A stretch of DNA of 64,000 nucleotides from an uncultured Chlamydiales bacterium. Its GTDB lineage: Bacteria; Chlamydiota; Chlamydiia; Chlamydiales; Rhabdochlamydiaceae. The stretch spans positions 1-64,000 of the forward strand of contig OY969554.1 of NCBI GenBank assembly GCA_963700985.1, written 5' to 3'. Below, piece by piece: positions 54,666 through 64,000 of this stretch (position 1 is its first letter; the number at the start of each line of letters is the position of its first letter). Made by a program: the position numbers and the translations under genes. The notes beneath the pieces were generated by a model, which saw only the letters and a program-made list of their open reading frames with translations, had not been told where the DNA came from and made no database searches.

Positions 54666-55802
54666 CTATTCTTCTGTAAAAAGATGTCCGGATTTATGAC
54701 AGAGGGAGAGAAAAGCTTTTTCCAATTCTTCTTGCGAAAACTTTTGCGTAGTGATGTAACCGAGCGGATCCTGGCACTGCCGATTGCACTTCATGAAATA
54801 GCCATTAAGCCGAGTAGTATCGCGAGTTTTATCAGCTGCAACTTTTGTATGTGCGTGAAACATTTCTCCATCAACAAGTAGTTGCACAAGGGGATGAAGA
54901 GGCCCTACGCGAAAGAGTTCGGTTAACTGCTTGGGTGTAACGCTCAATGCCAGAAAACTATGCGTCATCGGTTCATCCCACTTCGAATAGGTAAGGGCCG
55001 TGGCTTCGAGCGAAAAAAATGTTCCTCCAAGTAGAGTTGAGCCAAATGAGAGAGCGTGTCCGCTTTTTTCATTTAACTCGAGAGTTGATGGATAGCCTTT
55101 GCCGCGATATCCGCGATAGAGCACCCATTCTCCGTTTTCATGTGCTTTGCGTTCGATTTTTACTAACTCGATGAGGCGCGCCTCATCTTTTAATGCTGTA
55201 TAGAAAAGCTGTGCCGAATTGGGGTTGTGATTCCAAGAGGAGCGCCAGAAAGGAAATTTTTTTTCAGGCCACTGATCAAAAGGTGGAAGCTCTGCTACTG
55301 CCAGACGCACCATTTCTGAATCAGAACCATGGGCGCGTTTATACAAATTAGAGACTGCTGTATTAACTAAGAAGAAAAGTTGAGAGAGCTCTGGTAGAGC
55401 CTTTGATTGCGCATCAAAATACTCTACAATCTCCCGCATGTTTGAGGAAGAAGCCAAACGTGGATGAAGCAGCTCATCATAAGAGAGCGGCTCCCAATCA
55501 GGTCCAGAACATGCTAATATGCTTTGGCGAACAGCAGGATCATTAAAAAAAGAATGTATCGCGGCGAGCTGCCAAATCGCCGGAGGCACCCATTCGATGC
55601 GCAGCTGCGGTGCAATTTTAAGGCATTCTGCTTTTAGATCGCATGGATTCTCTTCATAAAAAACTCTGGGGGGCTCGGCACGTAGGAGCAGTTCGAAGAG
55701 TTTCTTTCGCTGTTCATGGCTCGGCTGCTCATCATAAAAAAGAACGTAGGTGGCCGAAAGTGGGCTTAAAAAAAGAAGAAGAAGCGCGATAAGAGTTTTC
55801 AA
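54666..55802 (-). CDS. Exported hypothetical protein
   Basis: 378-aa ORF with classical signal peptide MKTLIALLLLFLSPLSA. Confidence 0.75.
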   Translation of the reverse strand: MKTLIALLLLFLSPLSATYVLFYDEQPSHEQRKKLFELLLRAEPPRVFYEENPCDLKAECLKIAPQLRIEWVPPAIWQLAAIHSFFNDPAVRQSILACSGPDWEPLSYDELLHPRLASSSNMREIVEYFDAQSKALPELSQLFFLVNTAVSNLYKRAHGSDSEMVRLAVAELPPFDQWPEKKFPFWRSSWNHNPNSAQLFYTALKDEARLIELVKIERKAHENGEWVLYRGYRGKGYPSTLELNEKSGHALSFGSTLLGGTFFSLEATALTYSKWDEPMTHSFLALSVTPKQLTELFRVGPLHPLVQLLVDGEMFHAHTKVAADKTRDTTRLNGYFMKCNRQCQDPLGYITTQKFSQEELEKAFLSLCHKSGHLFTEE

Positions 55803-55932
55803 TCAATTCTCAGGGCTCAGACGAAATTATCATAGAGGATACCATTGAGAACTTGTAAGTGCAATATCACTTTTGCATCTATCTGGTAAATTATGAATTG
55901 TTCTATTTTAGATCAAAAATGTGAGGGAGATC

Positions 55933-56823
55933 ATGGCAATTAAAGTGGGCTTTATTGGATTAGGCAGCATGGGCCTTCCCATGGCACACAATATTCTCAA
56001 AGGAGAGCTTCCTCTCTGGGTTTACAATCGGACAAAAGAGAAAGCCACATCACTGATTGAGAAAGGCGCCAAATGGGCCGCGACGCCGGCAGAGCTGGCA
56101 GCTCAGTGTGATATCGTGGTGAGTATGGTGGCCAATGATGATGCCTTAACAGAGATAGTAGACGGGCCTTCTGGAATCATGCGCTCGACAAAAAAGCCTT
56201 CGATTCACATTTCTATGAGCACAGTTTCTCCGGATTTATGCGCCTCTTTAGAAAAGGAGCATCAAGAGAACGGGATGACATTTTTATCCGCTCCCGTCAC
56301 TGGCAGACCTGAACGTGCCCAGGCAGGCACCTTATTTATTTTTTTGGCCGGTAATGCCAAAGCAAAGCAAACCGCCACACCCGTTCTAGAGAAGATGAGC
56401 ACGAAGATTTTTGATCTGGGCGATCATTCAAGCCACGCTGCGCTCTTTAAACTCTGCAATAACTTCATGATTTTGGGTTTTCTTGAAACGTTTGCGGAAG
56501 CCGCTACCATGCTAGAAAAAGGGGGGATTTCCACCGAAAAAGCCTCAGAAATTTGGGGTGGATCACTTTTTGATTCTCCGCTTTTTCACACCTATTCACC
56601 CATGATGAGCAAACGCAATTTTGCAGATGGCGGATTCGCTTTGGATTTAGGGTTAAAAGATATTCGACTTCTTCAAAGCTGTGCAGATCGTTCGCAGGTT
56701 CCAATGCCTATTCTTGCAGAACTACAAGCAAAGCTATTGGCTAGTATGAACCGAGGGCGAGGAAAATTTGACTGGTCTGCAATTGCGCTTTTGACGCGTG
56801 AACTTGCTGGGTTAAAGCCTTAA
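55933..56823 (+). CDS. NAD(P)-dependent beta-hydroxyacid dehydrogenase family protein
   Basis: GFIGLGSMG, YNRT, MSTVSP, APVTG, KLCNN, F.LDLGLKD; RBS GAGGGAG. Confidence 0.92.
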   Translation: MAIKVGFIGLGSMGLPMAHNILKGELPLWVYNRTKEKATSLIEKGAKWAATPAELAAQCDIVVSMVANDDALTEIVDGPSGIMRSTKKPSIHISMSTVSPDLCASLEKEHQENGMTFLSAPVTGRPERAQAGTLFIFLAGNAKAKQTATPVLEKMSTKIFDLGDHSSHAALFKLCNNFMILGFLETFAEAATMLEKGGISTEKASEIWGGSLFDSPLFHTYSPMMSKRNFADGGFALDLGLKDIRLLQSCADRSQVPMPILAELQAKLLASMNRGRGKFDWSAIALLTRELAGLKP

Positions 56824-56836
56824 GAACCTGTCTAAT

Positions 56837-57379
56837 ATGATAAAAATCTTAGCAATTTCAGGCAGCCTCAGGCGCTTTTCATCTAACACAGCTCTTCTTC
56901 AGGCAGCTGCAAGTTTAATGCCTCCACATATTGAGATATCGATCTATCAAGGGCTGGGCGGTTTGCCTCTTTTTAATCCAGATCTGGAGGGTTTTGAAGC
57001 GCCAGAAGTAATGGATTTTCGCGCTCAATTACGCATAGCCGATGGAGTGTTGATCGCCAGCCCTGAATATGCGCACGGTATAACTGGTGTCTTGAAAAAC
57101 GCGCTCGACTGGGTTGTTGGAAGCGGAGAGTTTGTGCAGAAACCCGTCGCGCTACTCAATGCATCTTTGCGTGCTATGCATGCGCCTGAATCTCTCAAAG
57201 AGGTGCTCAAGACCATGGATGCACAGATCGTGCTATCAGAGATTATTCCTCTTCCGAACAATAAAGTTGATAAGACTGCGATTCTTGCTCAAGATACTCT
57301 GTCAATCCCACTCCGTAGAGCCATTGAGACTTTTGTGTGCACAATTAAGCCTGAAGTTTGTGCTCCTATTTCCGTTTAA
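56837..57379 (+). CDS. NAD(P)H-dependent FMN reductase (ChrR/SsuE family)
   Basis: ISGSLRRFSSN, LPLFNPD, SPEYAHGITGVLKNALDW. Confidence 0.92.
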   Translation: MIKILAISGSLRRFSSNTALLQAAASLMPPHIEISIYQGLGGLPLFNPDLEGFEAPEVMDFRAQLRIADGVLIASPEYAHGITGVLKNALDWVVGSGEFVQKPVALLNASLRAMHAPESLKEVLKTMDAQIVLSEIIPLPNNKVDKTAILAQDTLSIPLRRAIETFVCTIKPEVCAPISV

Positions 57380-57457
57380 GAAATGTTCCTGAATTTTTGA
57401 ATGGAACAAATTAGAGTGTTCTGTAAAATTCATACGTTTATCTTATAGGAGTTTCTT

Positions 57458-58045
57458 ATGAAAAAATGGATTTTGATCGTCGTTGCGGTTTTTAGTTGTT
57501 CAGCTACATTTGCTGATGGACCAGAGAAGACCGAAACTCTTTTATCAAAAGTCGTTATGCAGAACACAAACGGCTTTTTTGTACTTTCAGATGGAAGCTG
57601 CTGGAAAGCGATGGGTTTTGCCAGAAGATGGAGAAGCCTTGGCGAGTGGTGGAATGGTGTTCAATTAGCTCCAGAAAAATACGAATGTGTTCCAAATGAC
57701 TGGTATCCTGGTGCACAAATTGAAGTTTATCCTAAATATGGCAATTTGGATGTCTCTGAAGCAAATGCATCCAACCAAGAAGCTCTTAAGCAGTGCACAC
57801 ACTTGCTCCTGAATACCAAAAACGGACAAGTTCTATTTGCAATTGCTCTTAAGCTTGAGGATTGTGTTGTTTCGATCTTCAATGAAGCTCATGAAAATGG
57901 GTATAGCAAAGGCTTTTCAGAAGGGCGTTTACAAAGCTATAAAAACGCCACTGAAATCTATAACAGCGGCCGTGCAGATGGTCATAGAGCTGGTTATAGC
58001 GAAGGCTATAAAGCCGGTATAAACAATGAGCAACCCGGTAATTAG
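57458..58045 (+). CDS. Exported hypothetical protein with C-terminal GxxxG repeats
   Basis: Signal peptide ending ATFA; GYSKGFSEG and GRADGHRAGYSEGYKAG. Confidence 0.75.
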   Translation: MKKWILIVVAVFSCSATFADGPEKTETLLSKVVMQNTNGFFVLSDGSCWKAMGFARRWRSLGEWWNGVQLAPEKYECVPNDWYPGAQIEVYPKYGNLDVSEANASNQEALKQCTHLLLNTKNGQVLFAIALKLEDCVVSIFNEAHENGYSKGFSEGRLQSYKNATEIYNSGRADGHRAGYSEGYKAGINNEQPGN

Positions 58046-58062
58046 TTTCTCTTAATTCATAA

Positions 58063-58090
58063 AAGCCAGGAGTTCCTCCTGGCTTACTTT
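58063..58090 (+). terminator. Intrinsic terminator
   Basis: AAGCCAGGAG-TTC-CTCCTGGCTT followed by ACTTT. Confidence 0.7.
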
Positions 58091-58214
58091 AAATCTTTTT
58101 AATCGCTATATGTTAGATAGCGACCTTTCTTAGCCTAAAAAGAATCTCGACGATACTTTTACGATCTATACCAAACGTGTACACCAGAGGAAGGCAAAGA
58201 GTTAAAGTAAAATT

Positions 58215-58709
58215 ATGCGCATACTTTTCAAAATGAAACGAGAGTTCTACCGCATCCTGCCGGTGTTTTTCTTCTTTTTAGTGTTTTTTACATTGATCAA
58301 TTGGATTGAGGCATTTTTGTTTGAGCGGATGGGTGTTACACCCTTTGGCTTTCTGGAAGTGGCTATTGCGGCCGCCCTGATTGCTAAAGTTATCCTCGTG
58401 GTGGACTGCTTAAACATCACACATGTCTTTAGAAAAAAGCCGCTGGCTTACGCCATCCTTTGGAAAACAACCCTCTATTGGATTATCTTGCTGATCGTAC
58501 GTCTGCTACTTCGATTTGTGCCCATTTATTTTAGCGCTGATGCTGGCTTTAAGAACGATCTTTCGAAGATGATAAATGAGATCAATTGGAACCTATTCAT
58601 TTCGATTCAAGCCTACTATCTCATGCTGCTCTTCATCTTCGTCACCTTCCAAGAGCTCGCCGCCAAAATCGGCCCCGCTAAAATGCGCCAACTGTTCTTC
58701 GGCAGGTGA
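58215..58709 (+). CDS. Four-TM membrane hypothetical protein
   Basis: Four hydrophobic segments; ALIAKVILVVD. Confidence 0.75.
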   Translation: MRILFKMKREFYRILPVFFFFLVFFTLINWIEAFLFERMGVTPFGFLEVAIAAALIAKVILVVDCLNITHVFRKKPLAYAILWKTTLYWIILLIVRLLLRFVPIYFSADAGFKNDLSKMINEINWNLFISIQAYYLMLLFIFVTFQELAAKIGPAKMRQLFFGR

Positions 58710-58716
58710 AGACTTG

Positions 58717-59826
58717 CTATTGCTTGTTCAAAGAAGAAGAGATATCCATGAAGCATTCGGGATCGTCGATGGAGATTGTCTGGATCTTTTTGCTGTCTAA
58801 GTTCAGCAGGCTTAAGTCAACGACTTTGATGATCCGGTTTTTGTAAGAGTGAAAGAAATAGCGTCGGCTTTTTAGATCGGCAGCGCTCGTCCATTGTGTT
58901 TCATCATAATGGACTTTTCCGTTTTCCTCATCGCGGATAGCCCCTTTGGGAATATCAAATTGATTCAAGATTTTAAAGGCTCTCTGGACCTCTTCTTGGC
59001 CGATTTTCCCCGGTAAAACTACCTGGTTTAAAAACGTGGCCCGAATGAATCGAGAGGGGGGCGTAAAGTCACCTGGCAAGCCAAGCGCGCCTGAGCCCTG
59101 TCCAAACTGAGCCAGTTCATGGCCATTGATCGTCACCACCGGTTGGTTTAATGCAGCAAGCCCGATGTAATTTCGAGCATTGGTCAGGTGCCAATCATAG
59201 GTGGGAGCATTAGTGATCGTGCCGATCCAGGCGTCATAAATCTTCTGCTTTCCATCTACATATTCGATCACGATTTTATCGCCCGTTTCATCGACCACGA
59301 TGTAGTGGATAGGAGGAATCACGCCCCAATCCGCAAAGATGACGCCCGCCACTTTAGTGTTTTTAAGCGCCTCTTTGACTTCTCGAACGCTAGCGAAATT
59401 TCCTAGTACCCAAGAGATAAAATCTGTGTTGGCAACTGTGTTTGGCAGCTCACTTTGCGTGACTTTTTCATATTGGGTCCAACCTGGAAAGTAAAACCCT
59501 CCACAGGCCAGCCCCTTTTCGTTCACTCCATCGATAAGAATCGGATTGCCTGTGGGGTTGAATCCCACATGCGCATATTTGGTTTTCCACGCAGCGCCCG
59601 TTTGATCTTTGGAGATTTGCGAGGTGTAGGCAATGCCTCTGGGTACAAAGAGCAAGTTGTAAACCAAGATATCTACACCGAACTCCATCGTACGAGCGAA
59701 GACGCAATCTCCGTTTTCAGCTTTACTCACGATACCCGTGCAAGCGTGGATTGAGCTTTGTGTAAAAATTACCAAGCTAGAACAAAGCCACAAAAAGCTT
59801 TCACGTAAACGGCGCTGAATTGACAT
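58717..59826 (-). CDS. Choloylglycine hydrolase / penicillin V acylase family Ntn hydrolase (C59), exported
   Basis: Signal ending SIHA|CTG (N-terminal Cys nucleophile), ARTMEF, DGVNEKGL, TNAP, GLPGDFTPPSRFIR; start taken at ATG 59826. Confidence 0.92.
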   Translation of the reverse strand: MSIQRRLRESFLWLCSSLVIFTQSSIHACTGIVSKAENGDCVFARTMEFGVDILVYNLLFVPRGIAYTSQISKDQTGAAWKTKYAHVGFNPTGNPILIDGVNEKGLACGGFYFPGWTQYEKVTQSELPNTVANTDFISWVLGNFASVREVKEALKNTKVAGVIFADWGVIPPIHYIVVDETGDKIVIEYVDGKQKIYDAWIGTITNAPTYDWHLTNARNYIGLAALNQPVVTINGHELAQFGQGSGALGLPGDFTPPSRFIRATFLNQVVLPGKIGQEEVQRAFKILNQFDIPKGAIRDEENGKVHYDETQWTSAADLKSRRYFFHSYKNRIIKVVDLSLLNLDSKKIQTISIDDPECFMDISSSLNKQ

Positions 59827-59851
59827 AGGATACCTCAAGGTGATGATGGTA

Positions 59852-60235
59852 TTAGCCAATAGAAAATCCGGAATAAGCCAGATAAATTCCTAAGACCAGC
59901 AAGACGCTGAATATGGTCCAGTATCTGCGTTTGAAGAATGAAACAATTCTCTTCTGAATGCTAGTTGGAAAAGCGATTCTGGCGATTCCTCTAAGCAAGA
60001 TGAGATAGCCTATCAGAGTGATGAGCCCGCGCCAGCTACTTTCCCAAATCGGGTGAGCGATTACAATCGCAAGACCGAGTAAAAGAGAAATCGAGCCTGA
60101 GAAAACAAGCAGGCCCTTAGAAGACGCAAAGTCTTTTACGGCCCCTTCGAGTTCACGTCTGCGCAGAAGTAAATCTGCCGCAACAATGAGTAAGTAAAGT
60201 CCGAGCAGTTTTGCCAAAAATATAGATAATACCAT
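59852..60235 (-). CDS. Small four-TM membrane protein
   Basis: SIFLAKLLG, GLAIVIAHPIW..W..LITLIG; hydrophobic throughout. Confidence 0.75.
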   Translation of the reverse strand: MVLSIFLAKLLGLYLLIVAADLLLRRRELEGAVKDFASSKGLLVFSGSISLLLGLAIVIAHPIWESSWRGLITLIGYLILLRGIARIAFPTSIQKRIVSFFKRRYWTIFSVLLVLGIYLAYSGFSIG

Positions 60236-60341
60236 GAGATGATCTCCCCTCTGTTTTCTTCTTTCTAAAGTCTTAAACCAATTAAAATACAGTCCTTTAA
60301 CTATCTTGATTAAAAATTACTTTGTTGGTTATTTTGTTCGC

Positions 60342-61517
60342 ATGAAATATTTCCTTGTTATTTGCACCTTTTTCCTAGTGTATTCGGAGGCGGCAGTGCC
60401 AACACCCAAGAAAAAGACGATCTGCTTAAACATGATTGTCAAAAATGAGAGTCAGGTGATTGAAAAATGCTTGGCTTCTGTTAAGCCATTGATCGATTAC
60501 TGGGTAATCGTCGATACCGGTTCAAGTGATAATACTCAGCAGATCATCAAAAATTTTCTAAAGGAAATTCCAGGCGAATTGCACGAAAAACCCTGGGTGA
60601 ATTTTGAGCATAATCGCAATGAAGCACTTGTTTTTGCTAAAAACAAAGGCGACTATCTTCTGCTAATCGATGCTGATGAGGTATTGCAATTTTCTAAGGA
60701 TTTTTCTCTGCCTGCTTTGGAGAAAGACCTCTATTTTATTCCTGTGCGTCAAGTTGGTGCCGTAGACGTAAAACGAAATGGGCTGCTTAATAATCATCTC
60801 GATTGGCATTGGAAGGGGATCATTCATGAAGTTGTCTCTTGTGCGCAAGCCAAGAGCACGGAGACACTCAAAGGCGTGGTTAACCTATGCAATACGCATT
60901 TAGATGGTGCATCTGGGCGTTCAAAAGAATCGGAAAAGGTCAAGTACCTTCGAGATGCAGAAGTGCTTGAAAAGGCCCTTAAGGAAGAACCGGATAATAG
61001 CCGCTATGCCTACTACTTAGGCATCAGCTATTCTGCGGCAGAGAAATTTGAGCTTGCGAAGAAGAGCTTTGAAAAGCGTCTCACTATGCCCAGCGCGGAT
61101 ATACAAGAGACTTTTTTTACGCTCTATAATTTGGGTGGAATACAAGAAAAATTAGGAGATCAGGATGCCGCGCTTGAGGCTTTTTTCAAAGCCCATGCGT
61201 TTCGCCCAACACGCGCCGAGCCTCTTGCTAGATGCGCCTCAATCTATCGCAAAAAAGGCAATGTTTTGCTTGGGTATCTTTTGGCGAAACATGCACTCAC
61301 GTTTCCGGTTCCTGCCGAAGATTCCTGCATAGAATATCCAGTTTACGATCACAATATGCTGATCGAATTCGCCAATTGCGCCCTGCTTTTAGGCAAGTTT
61401 CAGGAAGGATATGACGCCTGCAGCAAATTGCTTGCAAACCCCAATTTACCAGCGGAATATAAGACTCAAGTGCAAGCTAATTACGAACTTGCACGCAGTA
61501 AATTGAATATGTATTAA
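60342..61517 (+). CDS. GT2 glycosyltransferase with C-terminal TPRs and signal-like N-terminus
   Basis: CLNMIVKNE, VDTGSSD, RNEAL, DADE, IHE, TPR helices; start taken at ATG 60342. Confidence 0.9.
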   Translation: MKYFLVICTFFLVYSEAAVPTPKKKTICLNMIVKNESQVIEKCLASVKPLIDYWVIVDTGSSDNTQQIIKNFLKEIPGELHEKPWVNFEHNRNEALVFAKNKGDYLLLIDADEVLQFSKDFSLPALEKDLYFIPVRQVGAVDVKRNGLLNNHLDWHWKGIIHEVVSCAQAKSTETLKGVVNLCNTHLDGASGRSKESEKVKYLRDAEVLEKALKEEPDNSRYAYYLGISYSAAEKFELAKKSFEKRLTMPSADIQETFFTLYNLGGIQEKLGDQDAALEAFFKAHAFRPTRAEPLARCASIYRKKGNVLLGYLLAKHALTFPVPAEDSCIEYPVYDHNMLIEFANCALLLGKFQEGYDACSKLLANPNLPAEYKTQVQANYELARSKLNMY

Positions 61518-62509
61518 CGCAGCTTAATGTTGAGCGCGCGCAACAGAGCAAGAACGCTTGAAGGGCGAAATCGTTTTTTTGGAAAAAGTAAGTAAGAAGA
61601 TTTCAAATCTGGCTGGAATTTTTCCCAAAATATCTCATGACCATCGAGGCGGCAGACTTTTTTAATTGCTTTATAGGCCAATTCTGCAAGCCGGGTAATG
61701 ATTTTGCCGAGGCCAATAATCTTTCCAAGCTCTTTGGCAGGAACAGGCCCAATCAAGACAACCCGACACTCTTCTTTTTCTAATTTTTCCAGCGCTGCTA
61801 CCACCAGATGCTCAGAAACCCCGGAAGGCGCATCCTTAGAAATCATGACGTTATTTAACAGCCAGCCTTGCTGGGATTGAAGTTTGTTTAATAAAGCAAA
61901 TCCAATGATTTTCCCTTCCTGTTTGGCATAGAACCAGCGTTTTCCTAAGCGATCTGCAAACAGACTTGGCTCAGCTAAGTAAACTTGTATGCCTTTTCTC
62001 GCTTGAATCCAAGCAGTCGCTACTTGTTGTATCGACTCTTCTATCTGAAGATCTCCACCGGTATATTCCGAAATTTCCACGCCGTTGCGTGAAGATTGCC
62101 TAATTTTTTTGCGCACAAGCGAAGTTTGAGCAGCTAAATGCTTAATAGGATCGAGGACGAATTTTCTTCCAAATTCGATTAGTGAAAATGGAAGATGCTC
62201 GATCAGTAAATGTGCAAATTCTTCAGAAACAATGATGTATATTGCATGCATATTTCGGCTTGAGCAGTAGCTCTCAAACTCTTTGGCAAGAGCAACTTTA
62301 TCCGCAGGCGCACATACAGGATCTCCATAGACAACAGCGTTTCCAAGCTCAATGCGAAAGCCTATAACACCCTCAATGTGAGGAACAGAAAAGTGCTGAG
62401 TTGTTTTGTCTAAAATGCCATCCGTGTTCACTTCTGCCCATTTGCGCACAAGTTCCACTATGTGCAGTCGTTCTGAGGAAGCCTCAATCGTATTTTGTTG
62501 ATTCATCAT
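61514..62509 (-). CDS. Stand-alone aminoacyl-phosphatidylglycerol synthase (MprF C-terminal / DUF2156)-like domain
   Basis: AVVYGDPV, GKIIGF, DAPSGVSEHL, F.EKFQP; no TM flippase domain. Confidence 0.75.
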   Translation of the reverse strand: MMNQQNTIEASSERLHIVELVRKWAEVNTDGILDKTTQHFSVPHIEGVIGFRIELGNAVVYGDPVCAPADKVALAKEFESYCSSRNMHAIYIIVSEEFAHLLIEHLPFSLIEFGRKFVLDPIKHLAAQTSLVRKKIRQSSRNGVEISEYTGGDLQIEESIQQVATAWIQARKGIQVYLAEPSLFADRLGKRWFYAKQEGKIIGFALLNKLQSQQGWLLNNVMISKDAPSGVSEHLVVAALEKLEKEECRVVLIGPVPAKELGKIIGLGKIITRLAELAYKAIKKVCRLDGHEIFWEKFQPDLKSSYLLFPKKRFRPSSVLALLRALNIKLR

Positions 62510-62606
62510 TTTTGGCAATTTTGGTGAGGAAAACAACGTTTAACAAATTTGCAATTATCTAGTCAAATAAGCATTTGTTTAAAAAAAAGAAGCGTAGCGA
62601 TGCGCT

Positions 62607-63998
62607 TTACTCATCGCCAAAAGTGAAGACATAGGCCTTCACGCCTTTTGGCACTTTTAGGGATAATTGATGACGTGAGTAAGTCGTGCTCACGATGTTA
62701 TATTTTTTATCTCCGTCAACAGTGATAGCGCCAGAGGTTTTGCCATCTAAAGTAATCTCAAGTGGTGTCGAGCTTGAGCCACCCAAAACAAGATAGACGC
62801 GTGTGGCGAGGAAATTCAGATCTAATAGGCTGTCGTCACTTTCAGCTGTGATATACTCTTGTTCTGTCTTCCAAAGACCTTTGAGCCCAACTTGATCGTC
62901 TTCCAGAGGTCCTGTGTATTGATAGTTAGTGATTTGGTGGGGGATTATATCCATTTTATAGCTATGACCTCTGGCTAGGCCTAAATATGTTTCAGACGAT
63001 ATTGGCTGGCCTATTTTTTCGGACTCCTTTATTTCCAAAAGGGGCATGCCTAAGAGATCTCTAATGGCATTTTCGGTTTCTGCATAACCTCCCTCGCCAA
63101 AATGAGTCATTCTAAGCACACCATTTTGATCGATCAAGTAGTGAGCTGGCCAATATTGATTATGGTAGGCATTCCATGTGGCATAGTTGTTATCAAGCGC
63201 AACGGGATATGTAATCTCAAATTGTGCAACAGCTTTTTTTACATTGTCGTAATTTTTTTCGAATTCAAACTCAGGTGTATGTACGCCAATAATGACAAAA
63301 CCCTGATCTTTGTAATCGCGGTACCAATTTTTCAAATAAGGTAGCGTTCTTATGCAGTTGATGCAGCTGTAGGTCCAAAAATCGATTAAAACAACTTTTC
63401 CTCGCAATGCTGATAAAGTGAGAGGAGGAGAGTTTATCCACTGAGTAATTCCAGTGATCTCGGGGGCTGGACCATTGTCGGGCAATTTTTCATTCGTATT
63501 AACCAATTTTAGAGCCTTCTCAATTTTGAAGTTTTTCTCGGAAAATAACTCCGGAAAAACACGCGACAATTTCTCGTTGATCAGCATATCCCAGTTGAAT
63601 AGCAATATAAGCGCAAAAAGGAGCATTAAAAGCCCAAAAAACTGACGAATGCGTTCAGTGTAACGAGATAGGAACTGAGAAGATCTAAGCAGTTTTGCAC
63701 TGCCATAAGCATATAGAAGCATTAGACTTCCAGCTCCTATGCTGTAGGAAATCGTCATTAAGACAGCTGTTAAATTTAGTGCTCCAGAAGCTGCCAGAGC
63801 TGTAATGGCTCCTAGAATAGGACCTGCGCAAGGTGTCCAGAGGAGGCCGAGCGCTGCTCCGAAAACAATCCCGCCCCAAAAACCATGGCGTGGTTTTGTG
63901 CCCTGAATTTTCTGACCAAGATTTGCTATTGGACTGGCAATTTTTGCAAACCAGTTAGAAAGACCCGGGAAGATCATGATTAGGCCAAAGAAGAAAAT
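62607..63998 (-). CDS. DipZ-like protein (CcdA membrane domain, thioredoxin, C-terminal domain); 5' end outside window
   Basis: LLWTPCAGPILG, DFWTYSCINC, GVHTPEF, NQYWPAHY, ETYLG, YVFTFG. Confidence 0.9.
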   Translation of the reverse strand: MFFFGLIMIFPGLSNWFAKIASPIANLGQKIQGTKPRHGFWGGIVFGAALGLLWTPCAGPILGAITALAASGALNLTAVLMTISYSIGAGSLMLLYAYGSAKLLRSSQFLSRYTERIRQFFGLLMLLFALILLFNWDMLINEKLSRVFPELFSEKNFKIEKALKLVNTNEKLPDNGPAPEITGITQWINSPPLTLSALRGKVVLIDFWTYSCINCIRTLPYLKNWYRDYKDQGFVIIGVHTPEFEFEKNYDNVKKAVAQFEITYPVALDNNYATWNAYHNQYWPAHYLIDQNGVLRMTHFGEGGYAETENAIRDLLGMPLLEIKESEKIGQPISSETYLGLARGHSYKMDIIPHQITNYQYTGPLEDDQVGLKGLWKTEQEYITAESDDSLLDLNFLATRVYLVLGGSSSTPLEITLDGKTSGAITVDGDKKYNIVSTTYSRHQLSLKVPKGVKAYVFTFGDE

Positions 63999-64000
63999 CA

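Noticed and set aside
58104-58123. Small hairpin TCGCTAT..ATAGCGA upstream of the membrane protein gene
   Set aside because: Short stem, no match to an RNA family I recognise
191-63879. Numerous 60-180-aa ORFs antisense to or nested in long genes (e.g. 13727..14242, 16993..17451, 30884..31420, 39932..40441)
   Set aside because: They overlap well-supported genes and have no recognisable motifs; typical shadow ORFs
1-64000. tRNA, rRNA, CRISPR array, integrase, transposase or prophage genes
   Set aside because: None recognised by eye in intergenic regions or ORFs; a tRNAscan/Infernal run would be needed to exclude small RNAs

Overview
The window looks like chromosomal DNA from an environmental member of the Chlamydiota. 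This is an inference from gene order: aas-cysS/lysS/priA, ftsY-sucCD, htrA-M16C peptidase-nrdBA-pssA-rmuC and the SH3/CT016-like/PhoH trio match the Chlamydia trachomatis CT776-782, CT820-828 and CT015-017 blocks as I recall them, and NrdB is class Ic. The left two-thirds (1-43 kb) is conserved backbone interrupted by small accessory insertions. These are a TPP-riboswitch-controlled MFS transporter, two tandem genes sharing an unrecognised repeated domain, a five-gene insert separating umuD from umuC, an F-box/LRR-like gene, and an MNT-HEPN toxin-antitoxin pair bracketed by a 54-bp duplication of the comM 3' end. nrdA carries a 378-aa LAGLIDADG intein whose +1 residue is Gly rather than Cys/Ser/Thr. 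The right third (43-64 kb) is accessory and rich in proteins with predicted export signals. It holds three NHLP-leader RiPP precursors with short hypervariable cores and no recognisable maturase, an RHS toxin with a lipase-like tip and a lipoprotein immunity candidate, an ADAL/MAPDA-like deaminase, a pseudo-hydrolase-PDZ protein and others. I recognised no rRNA, tRNA, CRISPR array, integrase or transposase. All family calls come from motif recognition by eye, not from database searches.
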